NCBI RefSeq assembly: GCF_009914755.1
Contig: NC_060945.1
Strand: one strand, 5' to 3'
Length of the DNA: 64,000 nt
Source of the DNA: the human T2T-CHM13v2.0 reference genome, Homo sapiens
In this document: piece by piece, positions 34,001 through 49,000 of the stretch
Numbering within the stretch: the first letter of the stretch is position 1
Layout of the letters: each line of letters opens with the position of its first letter
The notes under the pieces: generated by a model
What the model was told of the DNA's origin: nothing
Databases searched by the model: none
Seen by the model: the letters and a program-made list of their open reading frames with translations, nothing else
Program-made: the position numbers and the translations under genes

Positions 34001-37000
34001 AACTGGAATGGAATGAAATGGACTGGAATGGAGTGGAATGGAATAGAATGCAGTGGAATCAACAAGAGTGAAATGCAATGGAATGGAATGGAATGGAATC
34101 AACCCGAGTGGAGTGAAATAAAATGGAATGGAATGGAATGGAATGGAATGGAATGGAATGGAATGGAATGGAATGGAATGGAATAGCATGCAATCAACTT
34201 TGGTGGAATGGAATGGAATAGCATGCAATCAACTTTGGTGGAATGGTATGGAATGGTATGGAATGGAATGGAATGGAGTGGTACGGAATGGAATGGAATA
34301 AAAGGGCATGGAATGGAGTGGAATCAACCCGAGAGGAATGGAATGGAATGGAATGGAATGGAATGGAATGGAATGGAATGGAAATGAATCAAACCGAGTG
34401 GAATGGAATGGAATGGAGTGGAATGGAAACAATGCAAAGCAATGGTATCAACGGGAATGGAATGCATTGGAATGGAATGGAATGGAATCACCCTGAGTGG
34501 ATAGGAATGGAATGGAAGGGAATGGAAAGGAATGGAATGGAATGGAACCTAATGGAATGGAATTTAAACAACCCGAGTGGAACGGAATGGAATGGAATGG
34601 AATGGAATGGAATGGAATGGAATGGAATGGAATAAACACCAGTGGAATGAAATGGAATGGAATGGAAAGGAATGCAATGGAATAGAATGGAATGGAATGG
34701 AATGGAATGGAATGGAATGGAATGGAATGGAATCAACCCGAGTGGAGTAGAAAGGAATGGAATGGAATGGAATCAACCCCAGTGGAATGGAATGGAATGG
34801 AATGCAATAGAATGGAAAGGAATGGAATGGAATGGAATTCAATGGAATTAACCCGACAGGAATGGAATGGTATGGAATCCAATGGAATGGAGTGGAACAG
34901 AACGGAATGGAATGGAATGGAATTGACTGAATCCGAGTGGAATTGAATGGAACGGAATGCATTGGAAAGGAATGGAAAGGATTCAACCCGAGTGGAATGT
35001 AATGGATTGGAATGTAGTGGAATGGAATGGAATGGAATGGAATCAACACAAATGGAATGGAATGGAATGGAATGGAATGGAATAGAATGGAAAGGAATGC
35101 AATGCAATGGAATGGAATGGAATGGAATGAAATGGAATAAACCCGAAAGGAATGGAATGGAATGGAATGGAATGGAATGGAATGGAATGCAATGAATTGG
35201 AATAAACCCGAATGGAATGGAATGGAATGGAATGGAATGGAATGGAATGGAGTGCAATGGAATAAACACCAGTGGAATGAAATGGAATGGAATGGAATGG
35301 AATGGAATGGAATGGAATGGAATGGAATGGAATGGAATGAAATCAACCCGAGTAGAATGGAACAGAATGGAATGGAATGGAATGGAATGGAAAGGAGTGG
35401 AATCAACTAGAATGGAATGAAATTTAATGGAATGGAGTGGAATGGAATGGAATGCAATGGAATCAACAAGAGTGAAATGCAATGGAATGGAATGCAATGG
35501 AATCAACTAGAGTGAAATGCAATGGAATGGAATGGAATGGAATGGAATCAACCCGACTGGAGTGAAATAAAATGGAATGGAATGGAATGGAATGGAATAA
35601 AATGGAATGGAATGGAATGGAAACAACGCGAGTGGAATGGAATGGAATGGAAGGGAGTAACCAGAGAGGAATGGAATGGAAAGGAGTGAAATGGAATGGA
35701 ATAGAATGGAATGGAATGGAATGGAATGGAATGGAATAGAATGAAAGGGAAAGGAATGGAATGGAAATAACCCCAGTGGAATGGAATGGATTGGAATGGA
35801 ATGGAATGGAATGGAATCAACCCCAGTTGAATGGAATGCAATGGAATGGAACGGAATATAATGGAATGGAACGGAAGCATCCCGAGTGCAATGGAATGGT
35901 ATGGAATGCAACAGAATGGAATGGAACAGAACGGAATGAAATGGGATGGAATAGATTGATTGCGAGTGGAATGGAATGCAATGGAATGGAATGGAATGGA
36001 ATGGAACGCATTGGAATGGATTGGAATGGAAAGGAATGGATTCAACCCGATTGGAATGTAATTGATTGGAATGGAATGGAATGGAATGGAATGGAATGGA
36101 ATGGAATGGAATGGAATGGAATCAACACGAATGGAATGGAACGGAATGGAATGGAATGGAATGGAATGAAAGGGAAAGGAACAGAATAGAATCAACCCAA
36201 GTGGAATGGAATGGAATGGAATGGAAGGGAATCAACACGAGTGGAATGGAATGGAAAGGAATGCAATGGAATGGAATGGAATGGAATGGAATGGAATGGA
36301 ATGGAATGGAATGGAATCAACCCGAGTGGAGTAGAATGGAATGGAATGGAATCAACCCCAGTGGAATGGAATGGAATGGAATGCAATAGAATTGAATGGA
36401 ATGGAATGGAACGGAATTCAATGGAATCAACCCAAGTGGAATGGAATGGTATGGAATGCCATGGAATGGAGTGGAACAGAACGGAATGGAATGGAATGGA
36501 ATTGATTGAATCCGAGTGGAATTGAATGGAAGGGAATGCATTGGAAAGGAATGGAAAGGATTCAACCCGCGTGGAATGTAATGGATTGGAATGGAGTGGA
36601 ATGGAATGGAATGGAATGGAGTGGAATGGAATCAACACAAATGGAATGGAATAGAATGGAAAGGAATGGAATGCAATGGAATGGAATGCAATGGAATGGA
36701 ATGAAATGGAATAAACCGGAATATAATGGAATGGAATTAAATGGAATAAACCGGAATGTAATGCAATGGAATGGAATGGAATGGAATGGAATGGAATGGA
36801 ATGGAATGAATTGGAAAAAACCCGAATGGAATGGAATGGAATGGAATGGAATGGAAGGGAATGGAAACTACTGGAATGGAATGGAAACAACCCGAGTGGA
36901 ATGGAATGCAATGGAATGCAATGGAATGGAATGGAATGGAATGGAATGGAATGGAATGGAATGGAATGTAAAGGAATGGAATGGAATAGAATGGAATTGT

Positions 37001-40000
37001 ATGGAATGCAATGGTATGGAATTGTATGGAATGGAACGGAACGGAACGGAATGGAATGGAATTCACCCCAATGGAATTGAATGGAATGGAATGGATTGGA
37101 ATGCAATGGAACGGAATTAACCCGAGTGGAATGGAATGTAATGGAATGGAGTGGAATGTAATGGAATGGAGTGGAATGTAATGTAAAGGAATGGAGTGGA
37201 ATGTAATGGAATGGAGTGGAATGGAATGGAATGTAAAGGATTGGAATGGAATGGAATGGAGTGGAATGGAGTGGAATGGAATGGAATGGAATCAACCCGA
37301 ATGGAATGGAACGGAATGGAATGGAATGGAATGGAATGGAATGGAAAGGAATGGAATGCAACGGAATAGAATGGAATCAACCCGAATGGGTTGGAATGAA
37401 ATGGAATGGAATGTAACGGAATGGAATGGAATGGAATGGAATGGAATGGAAAGGAATGGAATGCAACGGAATAGAATGGAATCAACCCGAATGGGTTGGA
37501 ATGAAATGGAATGGAATGAAATGGAATGGAATGATATGGAATCAACCGGAGTGTAATGTAAATGAATGGAATGGAATGGAATGGAATAGAATGGAATGGA
37601 ATGGAATGCTATGGAGTCAACAAGAGTGGAATGGAATGGAATGGAATGGAATGCAATGCAATGGAATGGAATGCAATGGAATGGAATGGAATGGAATGGA
37701 ATGAACCCAAATGGAGTGGAATGGAACGGAATGCAATGGAATGGAATGGAATAACATGCAATCACCTTTGGTGGAATGGAATGGAATGGAATGGAATGGA
37801 ATGGAATGGAATCAACCAGAGTGGACTGCAACGGAATAAAATGGAATGGAATGGAACTGAATGGAACGGAACGGAACGGAATTGAATACAATGGAATCAA
37901 CCCAAGTGGAAAGGAATGGAATGGAATGGAATGGAATGGAATAACATGCAATCAATGTTGGTGGAATGGCATGGAATGGTATGGAATGGAATGGAATGGA
38001 ATGGAATGGAATGGAATGGTATGGAATGGAATGGAATAAAAAGGCATGGAATGGAATGGAATCAACCCGAGGGGAATGGAATGGAATGGAATGGAATGGA
38101 ATGGAATGGAATGGAAATGAAGCAAACCGAGTCGAATGGAATGGAATGGAATGGAATGGAATGGAAACAATGCAATGCAGTGGTATCAACGCGAATGGAA
38201 TGCATTGGAACGGAATGGAATGGAATCACCCTGAATGGATAGGAATGGAATGGAAAGGAATGGAAAGGAATGGAATGGAATGGAAACTAATGGAATGGAA
38301 TGGAAAAAACTCGAGTGGAATGGAATGGAATGGAATGGAATGGAATGGAATGGAATACAACAAAATGGAAACAACCCGAGTGGAATGGCATGGAATGGAA
38401 AGGACCTGAATATAATGGAAAGGATTGGAATCAACGCGATTAGAAACTAATGGAATGGAATGGAATGGAAGGGAATGGAATGGAATGGAATGGAATGGAA
38501 TGGAAAGGAATCTACTCGAGTGGAATGGAATGTAATGGAATTAAATGGAATGGAATGGAATGGAAAGGAATGGAATGGAATCCACCCGAGTGGAATGGAA
38601 TGGAATGGAATGCAATGGAATTGAACGGAATATAATGGAATTCAATGGAATCATCCCGAGTGGAATGGAATGGTATCTAATGCAATGGAATGGAACGGAA
38701 CAGAACGGAATGGAATGGAAATAATAGATTGAATCCAAGTGGAATTGAATGGAATGGAATGGATTGGAAAGGAATGGAATGGATTGGAATGGATTGGAAT
38801 GGAATGGAATGGAATGGAATGGAATGGAATCAACACGAATAGAATGGAACGGAATGGAATGGAATGGAATGGAATGGTATGGAATGAAATGGAAAGGAAC
38901 GGAATAGAATCAACCCAAGTGGAATGGAATGGAATGCAATGGAAGGGAATCAACACGAGTGGAATGGAATGGAAAGGAATACAATGGAATGGAATGGAAT
39001 GGAATGGAATGGAATGGAATGGAATCAACCCGAGTGGAGTAGAATGGAATAGAATGGAATCAACCGCAGTGGAATGGAATGGAATGGAATGGAATAGAAT
39101 GGAATTCAATGGAATCAACCCGAGTGGAATGGAATGGTATGGAATGCAATGGAATGGAGTGGAACAGAACGGAATGGAATGGAATGGAATTGATTGAATC
39201 CGAGTGGAATTGAATGGAAGGGAATGCGTTGGAAAGGAAAGGAAAGGATTCAACCCGAGTGGAATGTAATGGATTGGAATGGAGTGGAATGGAATGGAAT
39301 GGAATGGAATGGAATGGAATGGAATGGAATGAATTGGAATAAACCCGAATGGAATGGAATGGAATGGAATTTAATGGTGTGGAATGGAATAAACACCAGT
39401 GGAATGGAATGGAATGGAATGGAATGGAATGGAATGGAATTGAATGGAAAGGAATGAAATCAACCCGAGTAGAATGGAACAGAATGGGATGGAATGGAAT
39501 GGAATGGAAATGAATGGAATCAACTGGAATGGAATGAAATGGAATGGAATGGAGTGGAATGGAATGGAATGCATTGGAATCAACAAGAGTGAAATGCAAT
39601 GGAAAGGAATGGAATGGAATGGAATGGAATAGAATGGAATCACCCGAGTGGAGAGAAATAAATTGGAATGGAATGGAATGGAATCAACCTGAGTGGAACG
39701 GAATGGAATGGAATGGAATGGAACGGAATGGAATGCAATGGAATGGAATGGAATGGAAACTACTGGAATGGAATGGAAACAACCCGAGTGGAATGAAATG
39801 CAAAGGAATGGAATGGAGTGGAATGGAATGGAACGGAATGGAATGGAATTGAATGGAATGGAGTCAACACAAGTGGAAAGGAATGGAATGGAATGGAATG
39901 GAATGGAATGGAATGGAATGGAACGGAATAAACACCAGTGGAATGAAATGGAATGGAATGGAATGGAATGGAATGGAATGGAATGGAATGGAATGGAAAG

Positions 40001-43000
40001 GAATGAAATCAACCCGAGTAGAATGGAACGGAATGGAATGGAATGGAATGGAATGGAATGGAAAGGAATGGAATCAGCTGGAATGGAATGAAATGGAATG
40101 GAATGGAGTGGAATGGAATGGAATGCAATGGAATCAACAAGAGTGAAATGCAATGGAATGGAATGGAATGGAATGGAATGGAATGGAATGGAATGGAATG
40201 GAATTGAATCAACCCGAGTGGAGTGAAATAAAATGAAATGGAATGGAATGGAATCAACCTAAGTGGAACGGAATGGAATGTAATGGAATCGAATGGAATG
40301 GAATGGAATGCAATGGAATCAACTGGAATGGAATTGAATGGAATGGAATGGAATGGAATGGAATGGAAAGGAACGGAATCATCCTGAGTCAAATAGAATG
40401 GAATGGAATGGAATCGAATGGAATGGAATGGAATGGAATGGAATGGAATGGAATGGAATGGAAACTACTGGAATGGAATGGAAACAACCCGAGTGGAATG
40501 GAATGCAATGGAATGGAATGGAGTGGAATGGAAAGGAATGGAATGGAATCAACACGAGTGGACTGCAACGGAATGAAATGGAATGGAATGCAATGGAATG
40601 GAATGGAATGGAATGGAACGGAACGGAACGGAATTGAATGGAATGGAATCAACCCAAGTGGAAAGGAATGGAATGGAATGGAATGGAATGGAAAGGAATG
40701 GAATCAACTAGAATGGAATGAAATTTAATGGAATGGAGTGGAATGGAATGGAATGCAATGGAATGAACAAGAGTGAAATGCAATGGAATGGAATGCAATG
40801 GAATCAACTAGAGTGAAATGCAATGGAATGGAATGGAATGGAATGGAATCAACCCGACTGGAGTGAAATAAAATGGAATGGAATGGAATGGAATGGAATA
40901 AAATGGAATGGAATGGAATGGAAACAACGCGAGTGGAATGGAATGGAATGGAAGGGAGTAACCAGAGAGGAATGGAATGGAATGGAGTGAAATGGAATGG
41001 AATAGAATGGAATGGAATGGAATGGAATGGAATGGAATAGAATGAAAGGGAAAGGAATGGAATGGAAATAACCCCAGTGGAATGGAATGGATTGGAATGG
41101 AATGGAATGGAATGGAATCAACCCCAGTTGAATGGAATGCAATGGAATGGAACGGAATATAATGGAATGGAACGGAAGCATCCCGAGTGCAATGGAATGG
41201 TATGGAATGCAACAGAATGGAATGGAACAGAACGGAATGAAATGGGATGGAATAGATTGATTGCGAGTGGAATGGAATGCAATGGAATGGAATGGAATGG
41301 AATGGAACGCATTGGAATGGATTGGAATGGAAAGGAATGGATTCAACCCGATTGGAATGTAATTGATTGGAATGGAATGGAATGGAATGGAATGGAATGG
41401 AATGGAATGGAATCAACACGAATGGAATGGAACGGAATGGAATGGAATGGAATGGAATGAAAGGGAAAGGAACAGAATAGAATCAACCCAAGTGGAATGG
41501 AATGGAATGGAATGGAAGGGAATCAACACGAGTGGAATGGAATGGAAAGGAATGCAATGGAATGGAATGGAATGGAATGGAATGGAATGGAATGGAATGG
41601 AATCAACCCGAGTGGAGTAGAATGGAATGGAATGGAATCAACCCCAGTGGAATGGAATGGAATGGAATGCAATAGAATTGAATGGAATGGAATGGAACGG
41701 AATTCAATGGAATCAACCCAAGTGGAATGGAATGGTATGGAATGCAATGGAATGGAGTGGAACAGAACGGAATGGAATGGAATGGAATTGATTGAATCCG
41801 AGTGGAATTGAATGGAAGGGAATGCATTGGAAAGGAATGGAAAGGATTCAACCCGCGTGGAATGTAATGGATTGGAATGGAGTGGAATGGAATGGAATGG
41901 AATGGAGTGGAATGGAATCAACACAAATGGAATGGAATAGAATGGAAAGGAATGGAATGCAATGGAATGGAATGCAATGGAATGGAATGAAATGGAATAA
42001 ACCGGAATGTAATGGAATGGAATTAAATGGAATAAACCGGAATGTAATGTAATGTAATGGAATGGAATGGAATGGAATGGAATGGAATGAATTGGAAAAA
42101 ACCCGAATGGAATGGAATGGAATGGAATGGAATGGAAGGGAATGGAAACTACTGGAATGGAATGGAAACAACCCGAGTGGAATGGAATGCAATGGAATGC
42201 AATGGAATGGAATGGAATGGAATGGAATGGAATGGAATGGAATGTAAAGGAATGGAATGGAATAGAATGGAATTGTATGGAATGCAATGGTATGGAATTT
42301 AATGGAATGGAACGGAACGGAACAGAATGGAATGGAATTCACCCCAATGGAATTGAATGGAATGGAATGGATTGGAATGCAATGGAACGGAATTAACCCG
42401 AGTGGAATGGAATGTAATGGAATGGAGTGGAATGTAATGGAATGGAGTGGAATGTAATGTAAAGGAATGGAGTGGAATGTAATGGAATGGAGTGGAATGG
42501 AATGGAATGTAAAGGATTGGAATGGAATGGAATGGAGTGGAATGGAGTGGAATGGAATGGAATGGAATCAACCCGAATGGAATGGAACGGAATGGAATGG
42601 AATGGAATGGAATGGAATGGAAAGGAATGGAATGCAACGGAATAGAATGGAATCAACCCGAATGGGTTGGAATGAAATGGAATGGAATGTAACGGAATGG
42701 AATGGAATGCAATGGAATGGAATGGAATGGAAAGGAATGGAATGCAACGGAATAGAATGGAATCAACCCGAATGGGTTGGAATGAAATGGAATGGAATGA
42801 AATGGAATGGAATGATATGGAATCAACCGGAGTGTAATGTAAATGAATGGAATGGAATGGAATGGAATAGAATGGAATGGAATGGAATGCTATGGAGTCA
42901 ACAAGAGTGGAATGGAATGGAATGGAATGGAATGCAATGCAATGGAATGGAATGCAATGGAATGGAATGGAATGGAATGGAATGAACCCAAATGGAGTGG

Positions 43001-46000
43001 AATGGAACGGAATGCAATGGAATGGAATGGAATAACATGCAATCACCTTTGGTGGAATGGAATGGAATGGAATGGAATGGAATGGAATCAACCAGAGTGG
43101 ACTGCAACGGAATAAAATGGAATGGAATGGAACTGAATGGAACGGAACGGAACGGAATTGAATACAATGGAATCAACCCAAGTGGAAAGGAATGGAATGG
43201 AATGGAATGGAATGGAATAACATGCAATCAATGTTGGTGGAATGGCATGGAATGGTATGGAATGGAATGGAATGGAATGGAATGGAATGGAATGGTATGG
43301 AATGGAATGGAATAAAAAGGCATGGAATGGAATGGAATCAACCCGAGGGGAATGGAATGGAATGGAATGGAATGGAATGGAAACAATACAATGCAGTGGT
43401 ATCAACGCGAATGGAATGCATTGGAACGGAATGGAATGGAATCACCCTGAATGGATAGGAATGGAATGGAAAGGAATGGAAAGGAATGGAATGGAATGGA
43501 AACTAATGGAATGGAATGGAAAAAACTCGAGTGGAATGGAATGGAATGGAATGGAATGGAATGGAATACAACAAAATGGAAACAACCCGAGTGGAATGGC
43601 ATGGAATGGAAAGGACCTGAATATAATGGAAAGGATTGGAATCAACGCGATTAGAAACTAATGGAATGGAATGGAATGGAAGGGAATGGAATGGAATGGA
43701 ATGGAATGGAATGGAAAGGAATCTACCCGAGTGGAATGGAATGTAATGGAATTAAATGGAATGGAATGGAATGGAAAGGAATGGAATGGAATCCACCCGA
43801 GTGGAATGGAATGGAATGGAATGCAATGGAATTGAACGGAATATAATGGAATTCAATGGAATCATCCCGAGTGGAATGGAATGGTATCTAATGCAATGGA
43901 ATGGAACGGAACAGAACGGAATGGAATGGAAAAAATAGATTGAATCCAAGTGGAATTGAATGGAATGGAATGGATTGGAAAAGAATGGAATGGATTGGAA
44001 TGGATTGGAATGGAATGGAATGGAATGGAATGGAATGGAATCAACACGAACAGAATGGAACGGAATGGAATGGAATGGAATGGAATGGTATGGAATGAAA
44101 TGGAAAGGAACGGAATAGAATCAACCCAAGTGGAATGGAATGGAATGCAATGGAAGGGAATCAACACGAGTGGAATGGAATGGAAAGGAATACAATGGAA
44201 TGGAATGGAATGGAATGGAATGGAATGGAATGGAATCAACCCGAGTGGAGTAGAATGGAATAGAATGGAATCAACCGCAGTGGAATGGAATGGAATGGAA
44301 TGGAATAGAATGGAATTCAATGGAATCAACCCGAGTGGAATGGAATGGTATGGAATGCAATGGAATGGAGTGGAACAGAACGGAATGGAATGGAATGGAA
44401 TTGATTGAATCCGAGTGGAATTGAATGGAAGGGAATGCGTTGGAAAGGAATGGAAAGGATTCAACCCGAGTGGAATGTAATGGATTGGAATGGAGTGGAA
44501 TGGAATGGAATGGAATGGAATGGAATGGAATGGAATGAATTGGAATAAACCCGAATGGAATGGAATGGAATGGAATTTAATGGTGTGGAATGGAATAAAC
44601 ACCAGTGGAATGGAATGGAATGGAATGGAATGGAATGGAATTGAATGGAAAGGAATGAAATCAACCCGAGTAGAATGGAACAGAATGGGATGGAATGGAA
44701 TGGAATGGAAATGAATGGAATCAACTGGAATGGAATGAAATGGAATGGAATGGAGTGGAATGGAATGGAATGCATTGGAATCAACAAGAGTGAAATGCAA
44801 TGGAAAGGAATGGAATGGAATGGAATGGAATAGAATGGAATCACCCGAGTGGAGAGAAATAAATTGGAATGGAATGGAATGGAATCAACCTGAGTGGAAC
44901 GGAATGGAATGGAATGGAATGGAACGGAATGGAATGCAATGGAATGGAATGGAATGGAAACTACTGGAATGGAATGGAAACAACCCGAGTGGAATGAAAT
45001 GCAAAGGAATGGAATGGAGTGGAATGGAATGGAACGGAATGGAATGGAATTGAATGGAATGGAGTCAACACAAGTGGAAAGGAATGGAATGGAATGGAAT
45101 GGAATGGAATGGAATGGAATGGAATGGAATGGAACGGAATAAACACCAGTGGAATGAAATGGAATGGAATGGAATGGAATGGAATGGAATGGAATGGAAT
45201 GGAATGGAAAGGAATGAAATCAACCCGAGTAGAATGGAACGGAATGGAATGGAATGGAATGGAATGGAATGGAAAGGAATGGAATCAGCTGGAATGGAAT
45301 GAAATGGAATGGAATGGAGTGGAATGGAATGGAATGCAATGGAATCAACAAGAGTGAAATGCAATGGAATGGAATGGAATGGAATGGAATGGAATGGAAT
45401 GGAATGGAATTGAATCAACCCGAGTGGAGTGAAATAAAATGAAATGGAATGGAATGGAATCAACCTAAGTGGAACGGAATGGAATGTAATGGAATCGAAT
45501 GGAATGGAATGGAATGCAATGGAATCAACTGGAATGGAATTGAATGGAATGGAATGGAATGGAATGGAATGGAAAGGAACGGAATCATCCTGAGTCAAAT
45601 AGAATGGAATGGAATGGAATCGAATGGAATGGAATGGAATGGAATGGAATGGAATGGAATGGAATGGAAACTACTGGAATGGAATGGAAACAACCCGAGT
45701 GGAATGGAATGCAATGGAATGGAATGGAGTGGAATGGAATGGAATGGAATGGAATCAACACGAGTGGACTGCAACGGAATGAAATGGAATGGAATGCAAT
45801 GGAATGGAATGGAATGGAATGGAACGGAACGGAACGGAATTGAATGGAATGGAATCAACCCAAGTGGAAAGGAATGGAATGGAATGGAATGGAATGGAAT
45901 GGAATGGAATGAAATAGCATGCAATCAAATTTGGTGGAATGGTATGGAATGGTATTGAATGGAATGGAATGGAATGGAATTGTATGGAATGGAATGGAAT

Positions 46001-49000
46001 TTAACCGAGTGGAAAGGAATGTAATGAAATTAAATGGTATGGAATGGAATGGAATGGAATGGAATGGAATGTACCCGAGTGGAATGGAATGGAATGGAAT
46101 TTAATGGAATGGAATGGAATAGAATGATATGGAATCAACCCGAGTGGAATGGTATAGAATGGAACGTAATGGAACGGAATGGAATGGAATAAAATGGAAT
46201 GGAATGGAATGGAATGGAAACTACCCGAGTGGAGTGGAATGGAATGGAATGGAGTAACCGGAGAGGAATGGAATGGAATGGAGTGGAATGTAATGGAATA
46301 GAATGGAATGGAATGGAATAGAATAGAATGAAATGGAAAGGAACGGAATGGAAATAACCCGAGTGGAATGGAATGGAATGGAATGGAATGGAATGGAATG
46401 GAATGGAATGGAATCAACCCCAGTTGAATGGAATGGAATGGAATGGAATTTAACGGAATATAATGGAATGGAACGGAATCATCCTGAATGGAATGGAATG
46501 GTATGGATTGCAACAGAATGGAATGGAACAGAACGGAATGAAATGGAATGGAATAGATTGAATGCGAGTGGAATGGAATGGATTGGAATGGAATGGAACG
46601 GATTGGAGTGGAATGCAATGGAATCAACACCAATGGGATGGAACGGAATGGAATGGAATGGAACGGAATGGAATGGAATGGAACGGAATGGAATCAACCC
46701 GATTGGAATGGAATGGAATGGAATGGAATCCACCCGAGTGGAATAGAATGGAATGGAATGCAATGGAATTGAACGGAATATAATGGAATTAAATGGAATC
46801 ATCCCGAGTGGAATGGAATGGTATCTAATGCAATTTAATGGAATGGAGCAGAATGGAATGGAATAGAAAGAATAGATTGAATCCAAGTGGAATTGAATGG
46901 AATGGAATGGATTGGAAAGGAATGGAATGGAATGGATTGGAATGGAATGGAATGGAAAGGAATGGATTCAACCCCAGTGGAATGTAATGGATTGGAAAGG
47001 AATGGAATGGAATGGAATGGAATGGAATGGAATCAACACGAATGGAATGGAACGGAACGGAATGGAATGGAATGGAATGGTATTGAATGAAATGGAAAGG
47101 AACGGAATAGAATCAACCCAAGTGGAATGGAATGGAATGGAATGGAATGGAATGGAATGGAATGGAATGGAATGGAATCAACCCGAGTGGAGTAGAATGG
47201 AATGGAATGGAATCAACCCCAGTGGAATGGAATGGAATGGAATGCAATAGAATGGAAAGGAATGGAATGGAATGGAATTCAATGGAATCAACCCGAGTGG
47301 AAAGGAATGGTATGGAATGCAATGGAATGGAGTGGAATGGAATGGAATCAACGCGAGTTGAATGGAATGGAATGGAATGGAACGGAATATAATGGAATGG
47401 AACGGAATCATCCCGAGTGGAATGGAATGGTATGGAATGCAATAAAACGGAAAGGAACAGAACGGAATGAAATGGAATGGAATAGATTGAATGCTAGTGG
47501 AATTCAATGGAATGGAATGGATTGGAATGGAATGGAATGGATTGGAGTGGAATGGAATGGAATCAACACGAATGGGATGGAACGGAATGGAACGGAATGG
47601 AATGGAATGGAATAGAATGGAATGAAATGGAATGGAATGGAATCAACCCGAGTGGAATGGAATGGAATGGAATGGAATCCACCCGAGTGGAATGGAATGG
47701 AATGGAATGCAATGGAATTGAACGGAATATAATGAAATTAAATGGAATCATCCCGAGTGGAATGGAATGCTATATAATGCAATGGAATGGAATGGAACAG
47801 AACGGAATGGAATGGAAAGAACAGATTGAATCCAAGTGGAATTGAATGGAATGGAATGGATTGGAAAGGAATGGAATGGATTGGAATGGATTGGAATGGA
47901 AAGGAATGGATTCAACCCGAGTGGAATGTAATGGATTGGAATGGAATGGAATGGAATGCGATGGAATGGAATGGAATGGAATCAAAAAGAATGGAATGGA
48001 ACGGAATGGAATGGATTAGAATGGAATGGAATGGAATGGAATGGAATGAAATCAACCCGAGTAGAATGGAACAGAATGGAATGGAATGGAATGGAATGGA
48101 AAGGAATGGAATCAACTAGAATGGAATGAAATTTAATGGAATGGAGTGGAATGGAATGGAATGCAATGGAATCAACAAGAGTGAAATGCAATGGAATGGA
48201 ATGGAATGGAATGGAATGGAATGGAATGGAATGGAATCAACCCGACTGGAGTGAAATAAAATGGAATGGAATGGAATGGAATGGAATGGAATAAAATGGA
48301 ATGGAATGGAATGGAAACAACGTGAGTGGAATGGAATGGAATGGAATGGAGTAACCAGAGAGGAATGGAATAGAATGGAGTGAAATGGAATGGAATAGAA
48401 TGGAATGGAATGGAATGGAATGGAATAGAATGAAAGGTAAAGGAATGGAATGGAAATAACCCGAGTGGAATGGAATGGAATGGAATGGAATGGAATGGAA
48501 TGGAATGGAAGCAACCCCAGTTGAATGGAATGCAATGGAATGGAACGGAATATAATGGAATGGAACAGAAGCATCCCGAGTGCAATGGAATGGTATGGAA
48601 TACAACAGAATGGAATGGAACAGAACGGAATGAAATGGGATGGAATAGATTGATTGCGAGTGGAATGGAATGCAATGGAATGGATTGGAATGGAATGGAA
48701 CGCATTGGAATGGATTGGAATGGAAAGGAATGGATTCAACCCGATTGGAATGTAATTGATTGGAATGGAATGGAATGGAATGGAATGGAATGGAATGGAA
48801 TGGAATCAACACGAATGGAATGGAACGGAATGGAATGGAATGGAATGGAATGGAATGAAATGGAAAGGAACAGAATAGAATCAACCCAAGTGGAATGGAA
48901 TGGAATGGAATGGAAGGGAATCAACACGAGTGGAATGGAATGGAAAGGAATGCAATGGAATGGAATGGAATGGAATGGAATGGAATGGAATGGAATGGAA

